Shown: positions 39,241 through 49,564 of the stretch, piece by piece
Position numbering within the stretch: position 1 is the stretch's first letter
How the letters are laid out: every line of letters begins with the position of its first letter
NCBI RefSeq assembly: GCF_965237495.1
Contig: NZ_OZ250143.1
Span: 599,786 to 663,785 of the forward strand
Direction of reading: 5' to 3'
Origin: Candidatus Palauibacter sp.
GTDB lineage: Bacteria; Gemmatimonadota; Gemmatimonadetes; Palauibacterales; Palauibacteraceae
Length of the DNA stretch: 64,000 nt
Notes under the pieces: model-generated
What the model was told of the DNA's origin: nothing
Database searches by the model: none
Seen by the model: only the letters and a program-made list of their open reading frames with translations
Made by a program: the position numbers and the translations under genes

Positions 39241-39663
39241 GTGAGGGTTGTTCTCGACGCATCCGTCGTCATCGAACTTGTCCTGGGTACGGAGCCCGGC
39301 GTCCAGATCCGGGACAGGGTGGCCGATCCCCGGATCTCGCTGCACAGCCCCGAACTCGTCGACCTCGAAGTCCTGAACGTCCTGCGGCGCTACGAGCGGA
39401 CGGGAACCGTCTCGCCGGACCGCGTCGCGGAGGCGTTCCGTAACCTGCTCGATCTCGATCTCGTGCGGCACGGCCACGGCGTGCTGCTGGAGAGAGTCTG
39501 GGCGCGCCGCCGCAACCTCACGGCGTACGACGCCGCATACGTCGCGCTGGCCGAAATCCTCGACGCTCCGCTACTGACCACGGACGGACGGCTGGCGAGA
39601 GTTCCGCGGCTCCCGATTGCCGTCGAGGTTTTCGCCCCCTCCACCCCAGGTTCGCCCACCTGA
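39241..39663 (+). CDS. vapC: PIN-domain VapC toxin
   Basis: VRVVLDASVVIELVLG...LVDLEVLNVL...TAYDAAYVALAEILDAPLLTTDGRL. Confidence 0.8.
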   Translation: MRVVLDASVVIELVLGTEPGVQIRDRVADPRISLHSPELVDLEVLNVLRRYERTGTVSPDRVAEAFRNLLDLDLVRHGHGVLLERVWARRRNLTAYDAAYVALAEILDAPLLTTDGRLARVPRLPIAVEVFAPSTPGSPT

Positions 39664-39700
39664 TCCGAACCTCCGGGATCGACTTGGCCATTCCTGATCG

Positions 39701-40993
39701 TCAGGACCGTTCCGGAACCGGGATTCCGTAGCGCTCCAGCGTCTGCTTCACCGTGGGGCGGCCGACGCGGACGCGGTCGTCGTCCAGCAGGTAGGAGAAC
39801 AGGTAGCCCGCGCCCAGCATGAGGATCCCGATGAGGAAGCAGTACATGACCGCCCGGTCGGGATAGGAATCCTTCAGATACCCGACGCCCAGCGGGCCGC
39901 AGATCCCCGCCGCGGCCCACGCCGTGAGGATCGCGCCGTAGACCTTCGACATGATGCGCGGGCCGTAGATGTCGAGGATGAAGGAGGGCATGGTCGCGAA
40001 CCCGCCCCCGAAGCAGAGCAGCACGTAGCACACGAGCGCCGAGAACAACCACGGGTTGGACTCGGTCATGAGGACGCCGAACACGACCATCTGGCTCGCG
40101 AGGAGGATCCTGAACACGGCCACCCGCCCGATGCGGTCGGACAGCCAGGCCCACAGGATCCGTCCCAGTCCGTTGCACACGGAACTCGCGGCGATGAGCG
40201 TCGCCCCGTACTCCGCCAGGACCACCGGTTCGATGCCGGGATCGGACAGCCCCCACACCTCCTGCAGGAGCTCGGACTGGAAGCTGATCACCGAGATGCC
40301 GGCGGCGATGTTGAAGAAGAACACGATCCAGATGATGACGAACTGGCTCGTACGCAGGTACTTGCCCACGCTCCCGGGCTGCTTCCACGCCGCCACCTGG
40401 GCGGCCGGCGGGTCGTCGATCACCATGCTGCTCGGGATCAGGATGCAGGCGAAGACGATCCCCAGCCACAGGAAGACCTGCGCCAGATCCCCCTCCGTCT
40501 GCAGGACCAACAGCGGCGCGAGCCCCTTGCTCAGGAGGAGCGCGCCGATGCCGAAGCCCATGACGACGATGCCCGTGACCAGCCCTTTGCGGTCGGGAAA
40601 CCACTTCGCGGCTGTCGTGACGGGCGTCACGTACCCCATGCCGATCCCCGCCCCGCCGACGACGCCATAGCCGAGGTAGAAGAGCAGAATCGAGTCCAGG
40701 CGCAGCGCGAAGCTCGCGATGATGTATCCGCTCGCGAACATGGTGCTTCCGATCAGCGCGAGACGCCGAGGTCCTACCTTGGGCAGCAGCTGGCCGGCCC
40801 AGGCCGCCGACATGCCGAGCGAGAAGATCGCGATGCAGAAGGCCAGCGACCCCTGCGTGAACGTCCACCCCGACTGTCGGACCAGTATCGTCTGAAAGAA
40901 GCTCCAGGCGTATACCGTGCCGAAGCAGACCTGCAGGACGGTGCAGAAGAAGGCGATCGCGACTCTGGGCGCCTTCCACCCCTCGGTGGTCAC
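39701..40993 (-). CDS. MFS transporter, oxalate/formate antiporter (OFA)-like
   Basis: 12-TM pattern. ...FFCTVLQVCFGTVYAWSFF...GYGVVGGAGIGMGYVTPVTTAAKWFPDRKGLVTGIVVMGFGIGAL is typical of OFA-family MFS proteins. Confidence 0.8.
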   Translation of the reverse strand: MTTEGWKAPRVAIAFFCTVLQVCFGTVYAWSFFQTILVRQSGWTFTQGSLAFCIAIFSLGMSAAWAGQLLPKVGPRRLALIGSTMFASGYIIASFALRLDSILLFYLGYGVVGGAGIGMGYVTPVTTAAKWFPDRKGLVTGIVVMGFGIGALLLSKGLAPLLVLQTEGDLAQVFLWLGIVFACILIPSSMVIDDPPAAQVAAWKQPGSVGKYLRTSQFVIIWIVFFFNIAAGISVISFQSELLQEVWGLSDPGIEPVVLAEYGATLIAASSVCNGLGRILWAWLSDRIGRVAVFRILLASQMVVFGVLMTESNPWLFSALVCYVLLCFGGGFATMPSFILDIYGPRIMSKVYGAILTAWAAAGICGPLGVGYLKDSYPDRAVMYCFLIGILMLGAGYLFSYLLDDDRVRVGRPTVKQTLERYGIPVPERS

Positions 40994-40994
40994 C

Positions 40995-41735
40995 TCAGTC
41001 CGCTCCCGAAGTCGTTTCGCCCTTCACCGCGTGCAACATGAGGCGGGCCATCTCCCCGATCTCGTCGTCGCGCGACAGGATCTTCAGGTCCCCCGCAGCG
41101 TCTCCATCGCGTCGAGCCAGCCCCACCACGAACGCGAGCAATTCCTCCAGCGGCGTGACCGCCAGCTTCACGAACCAGATAGACCCGAGGATCCCGAGTA
41201 TGAGAATGATGCAGATGAGATAGATCTGCTGGCCGGTGGCCCTCTGGATCTTGAGCCGCACCACGTCGAGGTCCATCCCCACGTGGACCGTGCCCGCCAC
41301 ACCGGCCAGGATCGGGCTTCCGACCTCGACGAAGTCCCCCATCCCGGACAGGCTGCGCTCGACCGGCTCGGTCGCGAACGGGTCGCCCTCGCGGATCACC
41401 TGCGGGACGCCGGGCACGAACGTGTGGGCGAGGATCTCGCCGGTGTCGCTCGTGATGTAGATGTAGCGGATGCTCTGGATCTCAACGAACTGGTCGATGA
41501 GGGATTGCAGCGTGGCGAGGTTCCGGTTGAGGAGGATGTCGACGCTGGAATCGGCGATGTTCTTGGCGATGTTCGCGCTGTTGCTCTCGTACTCCTCGGA
41601 CAGCTGGCTGGAGACGGTTCGGATGGAGAGCGTGGATGTCGAGAACACGATCGCCCCGAACAGCACGAAGATGCCGAAGCGCGTCTTGCGGAAGAGTTTC
41701 CGGATCCGGATGTCGTGCGGCTCTGGCTGCGTCAC
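40995..41735 (-). CDS. Membrane sensor-like protein ending directly after a HAMP domain (no output domain)
   Basis: The GTG start overlaps the PBP stop (GTGA). TM1 (FGIFVLFGAIVF), a ~150-aa extracytoplasmic domain, TM2 (IYLICIILILGILGSIWF), then a HAMP-like segment (LAVTPLEELLAFVVGLARRDGD...LSRDDEIGEMARLM), stopping ~12 codons later. The stop is 1 nt from the MFS start. Confidence 0.7.
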   Translation of the reverse strand: MTQPEPHDIRIRKLFRKTRFGIFVLFGAIVFSTSTLSIRTVSSQLSEEYESNSANIAKNIADSSVDILLNRNLATLQSLIDQFVEIQSIRYIYITSDTGEILAHTFVPGVPQVIREGDPFATEPVERSLSGMGDFVEVGSPILAGVAGTVHVGMDLDVVRLKIQRATGQQIYLICIILILGILGSIWFVKLAVTPLEELLAFVVGLARRDGDAAGDLKILSRDDEIGEMARLMLHAVKGETTSGAD

Positions 41736-43150
41736 GCGAACTTGGCTTCCCAGTCGCTGAGGGTGACGAAGCGGCCGTCCTCGACGACCGTGTAGTAGAC
41801 GGACTGGAGTCCCTGCCGCCGGTCGGGCCCGAACGACACCCGCTCGCCGATCCCCAGATCGTAGTTGCGCACCGAGAAGACCGCGTCGTTCAGCTTCCCG
41901 CGCTCCGGCGTGCCGTCGATCCGCCGCAGGATCTCGGCCAGCAGCTTCGCATCCAGGTAGCCCTCGAGGCTCACGAAGCTGTTGGGGAAGGCGTCGTACG
42001 ATTCCTTGACGAGTTCCTCCGGCACCTGCGGGTCGTAGCGCGCCATCAGCTCGCGGTACTCGGGCACGGCCGGAATCGAAGTGTCCTCGTAGCTGGGCAC
42101 GACCTGCGAGTTCACGAGCCACGGCGTGTAGTACGCCGGATCATCCTCGTTCGCGTCCATGAGCAGCTGCAGCAGGTTCTCGCTTCCGACGAAGGAGAGG
42201 TTGGCGATGGGCACGTGCAGTCCCAGATCCATCGCGTCGCGGGCGCAGGCGGCGCACGCCGCGTAGGCGCCCACGCAGATCACCGCGTCGGGGGAGGCCT
42301 CCTGCAGGATCTCGACCTGCGCCCTCATCACGGAGGTGAACTGCGTTCCCCGGCTGTAGGTCGCCTCGCCGGCGATCGTTTCGCCATGCCGGGCCAGCGC
42401 CGCCCGCACCCCGGCCCACCCGCTGCGTCCGTACGCATCCGCCTGATAGAAGACCGCGATCCGCCGTCGCCCGATGCGGACGAAGTTGTCCACGAGGCCG
42501 GCCGTCTCCTGGCCGTAGGAGGCGCGCAGGTTGAAGGCGAACTCGCCGTAGGGCGGCTCCCGCTGCGGTTGCGCGCCCGTGAAGGGGAAGAAGATGTACA
42601 TCTGCTGGTCCTGGAACTTCTTCAGCAGCGGCAGCACGCGGGTGACGGTCGGCGTGCCCACGTAGCCGAACAGGAGGAACACCTCGTCCTCCAGCATCAG
42701 CTTGAGCGTGTTCTCCACGCACGGGTCGGGCTGGTAGCCGTCGTCGTAGAGCTTGAGCACAATGCGGCGGCCGTTGACGCCGCCCCGCTCGTTGACCTGA
42801 CCGAAACAGGCCAGGGCGCCGCGGTAGAGTTCGGTGCCGAGTCCCCGCGACGGGCCGGAGAACGCCGCCGATACCCCGAGGACGATCTCGTCGTCCGGCT
42901 GGCGGCGGCGTCGTCCGCTCCAGCGCAGGCCGGGCGCGAGCGGGAGGGTGGCGGCGCTGAGCGAGGAGGCAGCGAAGGGCGCCCCGAGGAGTCCCGCGAC
43001 GCCGGCACGGACCACGGAGCGACGCGTCAGCGGCCCGCCGGCCGGGGGCGGGCTCTCGCCGTCCGGGTCCGGCGGTCGGCGGGGAGATTCCTTCCCGCTG
43101 TCTCGTCCGGACACGCTGGTCTCCCTGAGTCCGTCGATTCCCACCCGCAT
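41732..43150 (-). CDS. Type 1 periplasmic solute-binding protein (Leu/Ile/Val-binding-protein family) with a Tat-like signal
   Basis: ...LTRRSVVRAGVAGLLG (twin-Arg), then ...LGVSAAFSGPSRGLGTELYRGALACFGQVNERGGVNGRRIVLKLYDDGYQP...FGYVGTPT. Confidence 0.8.
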   Translation of the reverse strand: MRVGIDGLRETSVSGRDSGKESPRRPPDPDGESPPPAGGPLTRRSVVRAGVAGLLGAPFAASSLSAATLPLAPGLRWSGRRRRQPDDEIVLGVSAAFSGPSRGLGTELYRGALACFGQVNERGGVNGRRIVLKLYDDGYQPDPCVENTLKLMLEDEVFLLFGYVGTPTVTRVLPLLKKFQDQQMYIFFPFTGAQPQREPPYGEFAFNLRASYGQETAGLVDNFVRIGRRRIAVFYQADAYGRSGWAGVRAALARHGETIAGEATYSRGTQFTSVMRAQVEILQEASPDAVICVGAYAACAACARDAMDLGLHVPIANLSFVGSENLLQLLMDANEDDPAYYTPWLVNSQVVPSYEDTSIPAVPEYRELMARYDPQVPEELVKESYDAFPNSFVSLEGYLDAKLLAEILRRIDGTPERGKLNDAVFSVRNYDLGIGERVSFGPDRRQGLQSVYYTVVEDGRFVTLSDWEAKFA

Positions 43151-43313
43151 AGCGCAGACCCGCCTGTCATGATCATCGACCGAACCGGCAACGGAGTTTA
43201 TTCCGAAACAGATTCATGTTCAACCGGGCGGCGCCGAACGCCGTCGGCGCGCGGTCGATCCCGGGCCGTGGAGTCGATAGGTTGCCCCCATAACTCGGCG
43301 GTTCGTCGTCTCC

Positions 43314-46121
43314 ATGAGGTCCATCATGTCCAACCTTCCCGGTCTCGAATCCGGTCGCGACTCATATGGCGCCCGCGCCTCGCTGGACGCCCCCGGAGGC
43401 CCGATCGCGATCCGCGCCCTGCGGACGGTCGCCGCCGCCACGGGGAGCGACCTCGCGCGCCTGCCCTTTTCGATCAAGGTCGTGCTCGAGAACCTCCTCC
43501 GGCACGAAGACGGCCAGTCCGTGACGGCCGACGACATCGCCGCCATCGCGAACTGGGACGCGCAGGCGACCCCGGGGCGGGAGATTTCCTTCCGGCCGGC
43601 GCGCGTCCTGCTGCAGGACTTCACGGGGGTTCCCGCCGTGGTGGACCTGGCGGCGATGCGCGACGCGATGGCCGACCTGGGAGGCGACCCGGCCTCGATC
43701 AACCCGCTCATGCCGTGCGAACTCGTCATCGACCACTCGGTGCAGGTCGACTCGTTCGGGACGCCGCGTTCGCTCTTCATCAACTCCGAGCGGGAGTTCG
43801 AGCGGAACCACGAGCGCTACGCCTTCCTGCGCTGGGGCCAGACGGCGTTCGACAACTTCAAGGTCGTGCCGCCCGAGACGGGGATCGTGCACCAGGTGAA
43901 CCTCGAGTACCTGGCGCGCGTCGTGTTCGACGAGACGACCGGGGGCGGGCGGGTGGCCTATCCGGACACGGTGGTGGGCACGGACAGCCACACGACGATG
44001 ATCAACGGCCTCGGCGTGCTCGGCTGGGGCGTGGGCGGCATCGAGGCCGAGGCCGCGATGCTGGGCCAGCCGCTCTCCATGCTGGTGCCGCGGGTGCTCG
44101 GGTTCCGGCTGCACGGCGCGCTCCCCGAGGGGGCGACGGCGACCGATCTCGTGCTTCGGGTCACGGAAGTCCTGCGCGGGACGGGGGTCGTCGGGAAGTT
44201 CGTCGAGTTCTACGGGCCCGGTCTGGCGGGGCTCTCGCTCGCCGACCGCGCCACGCTGGGCAACATGTCACCCGAGTTCGGCTCCACCTGCGCCATCTTC
44301 CCGATCGACGCCGAGACGCTTTCCTACCTCCGCTTCACCGGCCGCGCGGAGCCGCACGCCGCGCTCGTCGAGGTGTACGCCCGGGCGCAGGGGCTGTTCC
44401 ACGACGCGGACACCCCGCCAGCGGAGTACAGCGATCACGTGGAGCTTGATCTCTCCACGGTCGAGCCGGCGATCGCGGGCCCGAAGCTGCCGCAGCAGCG
44501 GGTGCCGCTGTCCGAGAGCAAGCCGCGGTTCCTGAACGCGCTCGAGACGCTGAAGGGCCCCGGCGCCGGGGGTGGCGCCAGCGCCCCGGCGGCGGGCTGG
44601 TCGGACGGGGCGGGAGAGGGCGGCGTGGCCGTCGCCGAGGCGCCGGCGGGCGTGGCCGTGCGGCTGACGAACGAACAGGGAGAGGCGCACGAGTTCGCGC
44701 TCCACGACGGCTCCGTGGTCATCGCGGCGATCACCAGCTGCACGAACACCTCGAACCCATCCGTCATGGTGGGGGCGGGCCTCCTGGCCCGGAACGCCGT
44801 CGAGTCGGGCCTCAAGCAGCGTCCATGGGTGAAGACGAGCCTTGCCCCGGGCTCGATGGTCGTGACCGAGTACCTCAACGAGGCCGGCCTCATGCCGTAC
44901 TTCGAGCAGCTCGGCTTCCACGTCGTGGGGTACGGCTGCACGACCTGCATCGGGAACAGCGGACCGCTCCCGGCCGAGGTCTCGAGCGCGATCCGCGAGA
45001 ACGATCTCGTCGCCTGCTCCGTCCTCTCCGGGAACCGCAACTTCGAGGGCCGCATCAGCCCCGATTCCCGCGCCAACTACCTCGCTTCGCCACCCCTCGT
45101 GGTCGCGTACGCGCTGGCGGGCCGGATGGACATCGACCTCTACGCCGAGCCGCTGGGGACGAACGACCGCGGCGAGGAGGTGTTCCTGCGAGACATCTGG
45201 CCCAGCCAGGACGAGATCAACGAGGCCGTCCGCACCTCCGTGAAGACGGAGATGTTCCAGGCCAGGTACTCGGAGGTGTACGCGGGAGACGAGCGCTGGA
45301 ACGCGCTCGACATCCCCACGGGGGACCGCTTCGCATGGGACGAAGTCTCGAGGTACGTGCGGCAGCCGACCTTCTTCGCCGGCATGTCTCGGGAGGCGTC
45401 CGAGCCCGTGGACATCGAGGACGCGCGCTGCCTCGCCCTGCTCGGTGACTCGGTGACGACCGACCACATCTCCCCCGCAGGTTCCATCGCCATGAATTCA
45501 CCGGCCGGGGACTACCTCCGCGCGCACGGGATCGCCCTGCGCGACTTCAACTCGTACGGGGCCCGGCGCGGGAACCACGAGGTGATGATGCGGGGGACGT
45601 TCGCGAACATCCGCCTCAGGAACCTGATGGTGCCGGGCGTCGAGGGCGGCTTCACCGTCCATGTCCCGAGCGGCGAGCAGCTGTCGATCTTCGATGCGGC
45701 CATGCGCTATCGCGAGGAGGGGACGCCCACGATCGTCATCGGCGGCGCCCTCTACGGCTCGGGATCGAGCCGCGACTGGGCGGCCAAGGGTCCGTTCCTC
45801 CTGGGCGTGAGGGCGGCGATCGCGGTCAGCTACGAGCGCATCCACCGTTCGAACCTCATCGGCATGGGGATCCTGCCCCTCCAGTTCCGGGATGGGGAGA
45901 CCGCCGGGAGCCTGGGTCTCACCGGGAACGAGACGTTCCGCATCAACGGGATCGCCGACGGGCTGCGGCCGAAGGACCTGATCACGGTGACGGCGAGTTC
46001 GGACGACGGGTCGGAGACGCGTTTCGAGGCGATCGCCCGGCTCGATACCGAGGTCGAGGTGGACTACTACCGCAACGGCGGGATCCTGCAGACCGTCCTT
46101 CGGCAGCAGCTGGAGGCGTAG
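43314..46121 (+). CDS. acnA: Aconitate hydratase A
   Basis: ...[21 protein letters not shown]...VIDHSVQVD...[26 protein letters not shown]...[10 protein letters not shown]...[12 protein letters not shown]...NRNFEGR...[10 protein letters not shown]. An in-frame ATG at 43326 (MSNLPG...) is an alternative start. Confidence 0.95.
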   Translation: MRSIMSNLPGLESGRDSYGARASLDAPGGPIAIRALRTVAAATGSDLARLPFSIKVVLENLLRHEDGQSVTADDIAAIANWDAQATPGREISFRPARVLLQDFTGVPAVVDLAAMRDAMADLGGDPASINPLMPCELVIDHSVQVDSFGTPRSLFINSEREFERNHERYAFLRWGQTAFDNFKVVPPETGIVHQVNLEYLARVVFDETTGGGRVAYPDTVVGTDSHTTMINGLGVLGWGVGGIEAEAAMLGQPLSMLVPRVLGFRLHGALPEGATATDLVLRVTEVLRGTGVVGKFVEFYGPGLAGLSLADRATLGNMSPEFGSTCAIFPIDAETLSYLRFTGRAEPHAALVEVYARAQGLFHDADTPPAEYSDHVELDLSTVEPAIAGPKLPQQRVPLSESKPRFLNALETLKGPGAGGGASAPAAGWSDGAGEGGVAVAEAPAGVAVRLTNEQGEAHEFALHDGSVVIAAITSCTNTSNPSVMVGAGLLARNAVESGLKQRPWVKTSLAPGSMVVTEYLNEAGLMPYFEQLGFHVVGYGCTTCIGNSGPLPAEVSSAIRENDLVACSVLSGNRNFEGRISPDSRANYLASPPLVVAYALAGRMDIDLYAEPLGTNDRGEEVFLRDIWPSQDEINEAVRTSVKTEMFQARYSEVYAGDERWNALDIPTGDRFAWDEVSRYVRQPTFFAGMSREASEPVDIEDARCLALLGDSVTTDHISPAGSIAMNSPAGDYLRAHGIALRDFNSYGARRGNHEVMMRGTFANIRLRNLMVPGVEGGFTVHVPSGEQLSIFDAAMRYREEGTPTIVIGGALYGSGSSRDWAAKGPFLLGVRAAIAVSYERIHRSNLIGMGILPLQFRDGETAGSLGLTGNETFRINGIADGLRPKDLITVTASSDDGSETRFEAIARLDTEVEVDYYRNGGILQTVLRQQLEA

Positions 46122-46133
46122 CGTGCTCCGCCG

Positions 46134-46151
46134 CCCCGAGGGCGCCCTCGG
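46134..46151 (+). terminator. GC-rich hairpin just after the acnA stop
   Basis: CCCGAGGG-CG-CCCTCGGG: an 8-bp perfect stem with a 2-nt loop, and no T-tract after it. Confidence 0.3.
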
Positions 46152-46172
46152 GCCCGCGACGGACACGCGCTG

Positions 46173-46916
46173 ATGGATCCGGCGCTCGCCGTCCTCCTTC
46201 TCTCGTCGATCGCGGCGGCGATGTCCACGGCCGGCGTGCTCCCCCTCGTGCGCAGGCCGCACGTGCCCCGTCTCACCATCGGCTGGGCGCACGCGCTCGC
46301 CGCCGGCGCGATGCTGGGCGCGGCGTTCGTCCTCATGACCGCGACCCTGGACCGGAATCTGGATGTCGCCGCGCTGGGCGCACTGCTCGGGATTTCCTTC
46401 GTCCGCTTCACGCACATGGCCTCGGGCACGGAGGACCTCGATCTGGACCGGGTGGATGAATCGAGTGAGACGTACGGGTACAAGGTGCTGCTCGTGAACG
46501 CGTTTCACTCCGCGTCGGAGGGGGTCGCGATCGGGGCGGCCGTCATGGTCAGCCTTCCGTTCGGCGTGTTCGTCGCGCTCTCCATGGCGGTGCACAACGT
46601 GCCCGAGGCGACGGCCCTGGCCGCTGTGCTGCGCGCGCGCGGCGTGCGTCTGCGGCACGCCGCTGGCCTCGCCGTGGTGAGCAACGTCCCCCAGATCCTG
46701 ATGGCGGTCGTCGCCGTCGCCCTGATTCAGGCGGCGCCCTCGCTCCTGCCGTGGGCGCTGGGGTTCGCGTTCGGGGCGCTCGTCTACCTCGTACTGGCGG
46801 AGCACCTGCCCGAGTCGTACCGCAAGGCGGGTCCTACGACGATCGCGCTCGTCACCATCGTCGCCATGGGGATGGTCGTCCTCATCGGTGGCGGCAGCGG
46901 GGGCGGGGGAGGGTGA
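46173..46916 (+). CDS. ZIP-family divalent metal transporter (ZupT-like)
   Basis: ...FHSASEGVAIGAAV...LSMAVHNVPEATALAAVL...FAFGALVYLVLAEHLPE. Confidence 0.8.
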   Translation: MDPALAVLLLSSIAAAMSTAGVLPLVRRPHVPRLTIGWAHALAAGAMLGAAFVLMTATLDRNLDVAALGALLGISFVRFTHMASGTEDLDLDRVDESSETYGYKVLLVNAFHSASEGVAIGAAVMVSLPFGVFVALSMAVHNVPEATALAAVLRARGVRLRHAAGLAVVSNVPQILMAVVAVALIQAAPSLLPWALGFAFGALVYLVLAEHLPESYRKAGPTTIALVTIVAMGMVVLIGGGSGGGGG

Positions 46917-47731
46917 GGGTGCGCCCCCTGATTTCGCTGATGCTCTTGGTCGCCGCGGCTCCCGTCGCGGCCCAGGGACCAGGTCCCGGAGACGTGTTTC
47001 GGGACTGTGCGCACTGCCCGCGGCTGGTTGTGATCCCCGCGGGCGCGTTCGAGATGGGATCTCCGGCGACGGAGGCGGACCGGTGGGAGGACGAGGATCC
47101 ACGTCACCGGGTGGAGATGTCGGCGCCGTTCGCGGTCGGGGTCTACGAAGTGACCTTCTCCGAGTGGAGGGCCTGTGTGTGGGCGCTGGCCTGCGAGCGT
47201 GAACCCGACGACTGGGGTTGGGGCAGGGAAGATCGCCCCGTCATCAGCGTGACCTGGGACGAGGCGCAGCAATATGTCGCCTGGTTGTCGCGTGAGACCG
47301 GACAACACTACCGACTGTTGAGCGAGGCGGAGTGGGAATACGCGGCCCGTGCGGGTGCGGAGACGGCGCGGTACTGGGCGGAGACGGAAGCCGGTCAGTG
47401 CCGGTATGCGAACGGCCGGGACGAACGGGCCCCGTGCGCGGACGGGCACGAACAGACGGCGCCCGTGGGTTCCTATGAGCCGAACGCCTTCGGTCTGTAC
47501 GACATGCTGGGGAACGTCGCGGAGTGGACCCAGGACTGCTGGCATGACAGCTACGCGGGCGCGCCCAGCGACGGAAGCGCGTGGGAGTTGCCTGGGTGCA
47601 TCGAGCGCGTACTGCGGGGAGCGGCGTGGGTCGACGGCCCGGCCTTCCTCCGCCTCGCCTTCCGCACCAGGAACTCGGCGGAGGTCCGGTATCCCAACTA
47701 CGGTTTCCGCGTCGCGCGGACGATGAACTGA
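46913..47731 (+). CDS. Secreted FGE-sulfatase (SUMF1-like) domain protein
   Basis: GTGA overlap with the ZIP stop; signal peptide. ...FEMGSPATE...PRHRVEMSAPFAVGVYEVTFSEW...PVISVTWDEAQQYVAWLS...YRLLSEAEWEYAARAG...FGLYDMLGNVAEWTQDCW...RVLRGAAW...GFRVAR. Confidence 0.8.
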   Translation: MRVRPLISLMLLVAAAPVAAQGPGPGDVFRDCAHCPRLVVIPAGAFEMGSPATEADRWEDEDPRHRVEMSAPFAVGVYEVTFSEWRACVWALACEREPDDWGWGREDRPVISVTWDEAQQYVAWLSRETGQHYRLLSEAEWEYAARAGAETARYWAETEAGQCRYANGRDERAPCADGHEQTAPVGSYEPNAFGLYDMLGNVAEWTQDCWHDSYAGAPSDGSAWELPGCIERVLRGAAWVDGPAFLRLAFRTRNSAEVRYPNYGFRVARTMN

Positions 47732-48471
47732 TGCAGACGCCGGATCCGTGGGTCATTGTCGGGTTGTACGGGCTCATCACGGCGCTCGCCACGGGGCTGG
47801 GCGCGATCCCGTTCGCCTTCGTCCGGAACGTGTCGCCGCGGGCCGTCGCGGTGTCGAACGCGCTCGCCGCCGGGCTCATGCTCGGGGCCAGCTTCGGCCT
47901 CGTGGCCGAGGGGACGGCGCACGGGAGCTGGCAGACGCTGCTCGGCGCGGTGATCGGCGTCGGGTTCATCCTCGTCACGCAGCGGGCGCTGGAAGGACAC
48001 GACCTCGAGATCGGTTCCGTCCGCGGGGCGGACGCCCGGCAGATGGCGCTCATGGTCATCGTCATGACCGTCCACTCCTTCTCGGAGGGGGTGGCGGTCG
48101 GCGTCTCGTTCGGTGGCGGGGTGACGCTGGCGACCGTGATCACGGTGGCGATCGCGGTACACAACATCCCCGAGGGGCTGGCGATCAGCGCCGTGCTGCG
48201 GCCGCGCGGCGTCTCGGTGTGGAAGTGTGCCGGCTGGAGCATCTTCTCGTCGCTCCCGCAGCCGCTGATGGCGGTGCCGGCGTTCCTCTTCGTCGAGGTG
48301 TTCCGGCCGGCGCTGCCCTACGGGATCGGCTTCGCGGCGGGCGCCATGGTGTTCATGGTGCTGGTCGAACTCCTCCCGGAGGCCTACGAGACCGAGAGGA
48401 AGCCGGCCGTGGCGCTGCTCGTGAGCCTCACGCTCGTGGGGATGGTCCTCTTCCAGCGCGCGCTCGGCTGA
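47731..48471 (+). CDS. Second ZIP-family metal transporter
   Basis: The ATG shares one base with the upstream TGA. ...VHSFSEGVAVGVSF...IAVHNIPEGLAISAVL...FAAGAMVFMVLVELLPE. Confidence 0.8.
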   Translation: MQTPDPWVIVGLYGLITALATGLGAIPFAFVRNVSPRAVAVSNALAAGLMLGASFGLVAEGTAHGSWQTLLGAVIGVGFILVTQRALEGHDLEIGSVRGADARQMALMVIVMTVHSFSEGVAVGVSFGGGVTLATVITVAIAVHNIPEGLAISAVLRPRGVSVWKCAGWSIFSSLPQPLMAVPAFLFVEVFRPALPYGIGFAAGAMVFMVLVELLPEAYETERKPAVALLVSLTLVGMVLFQRALG

Positions 48472-48799
48472 TCCGGGAGCCACTCTGAAACGTTCCCGCG
48501 GACTGATTGGATGAGTGACGTAACTCGTGATTCAAGAAAATTTTACCATTCACCTTTGGTGCTCTACCCCCCATTCTGCCCACCGCGCAGAGACGGATTC
48601 CTTTGCACCCTCTCGATCGTCTACGGACAGCGGCGATCCGGGATCGTCACGGATCAAGGATGCCTGGGTGCGAGCAGCTGGACGAGGGGAGAACGCCGCA
48701 TCAGGTAGTCAAGGCGGGAATCCGGCAACCGAAGAAATCAACCCAGAAGGAGGTGAAGACCGCAGCCTGACGCGCTGACCTCGGCGAGGCCGGGTGTCA

Positions 48800-48962
48800 G
48801 GTGATTACCGTACTTGTACACCCAGAGGCACCGATCTCTCCGCCCACTCACAGGACGACCTCGACGCCGTCGCCCGGCAGCTCAACGGCCGCCCTCGACA
48901 AACCCTCGGCTGGCTGAAACCATGCGAGGTCTTCGCCAAGACCGTTGCGGTGACCACTTAAG
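48800..48962 (+). pseudogene. IS30-family transposase C-terminal remnant
   Basis: Reads ...HPRGTDLSAHSQDDLDAVARQLNGRPRQTLGWLKPCEVFAKTVAVTT*, matching the usual IS30 end (..PKGTDLS..s..eL..ia..lN.RPRk.Lg..tP.evf). No upstream catalytic region survives. Confidence 0.6.
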
Positions 48963-49105
48963 ACCGCCCCGCAAATGTACAATCCGTAGGATCGGGCGAT
49001 CAGGTCGTAAACCGGGCCACTCGCCTAGAGCCCTCGTTACAATTCCCCGAAATTGCAGAGCTGCATCGATCTATTCGAGTAGTAGATGATGCGCGATAAA
49101 TGCGG

Positions 49106-49564
49106 CTACCGGACAACAACCTTGCGGGAGACGTGGATGACGTTGGCGGGATTCTCGCGTTGCTCGTACGGATAGCGGATCCCGTCCAACCCGACCACGG
49201 TGACCCGCGCGATGCCTGGCGCAGCGAAGTGCAGATCGACTGTACGTATCGGGGCGGCGAGAAAATCCGGGCAGCTACCAGGACCGAAATAGCGCTTGTA
49301 GGGGGTGATTGTCGCGTGGAGACCATCAACGTCGATCCGTGTTCGGCCCTCTTCCAGAAGACAGGTGTGATACGTTTGGACGGTCACTGGGAACAACTCG
49401 TTCACGTTCACGGTATCGGGCGTCGTCACCGCACTTGTGTCGTACGGCCATCCTGACCCCGCCATAACGAGAGCCGCCATCACTTCTTCATCGCCCGGCC
49501 TGAACAGCTCCCCGCAGCCGGCCGTGAGACCGGCTGCGAGGGCTATTGCAACGATTCGGTTCAT
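49106..49564 (-). CDS. Hypothetical lipoprotein, translationally coupled to the S1 protease
   Basis: MNRIVAIALAAGLTAGC contains a lipobox (LTAGC). The ATG overlaps the protease stop (ATGA at 49561-49564). Confidence 0.6.
   Translation of the reverse strand: MNRIVAIALAAGLTAGCGELFRPGDEEVMAALVMAGSGWPYDTSAVTTPDTVNVNELFPVTVQTYHTCLLEEGRTRIDVDGLHATITPYKRYFGPGSCPDFLAAPIRTVDLHFAAPGIARVTVVGLDGIRYPYEQRENPANVIHVSRKVVVR

Noticed and set aside
48481-48799. AT-richer ~300 nt after the second ZIP gene (track ORFs 48511..48708 and 48527..48778), as possible small genes or an ncRNA.
   Set aside because: I found no motif, no convincing start context and no stable extended structure by eye. It is most simply degraded IS30-associated sequence.
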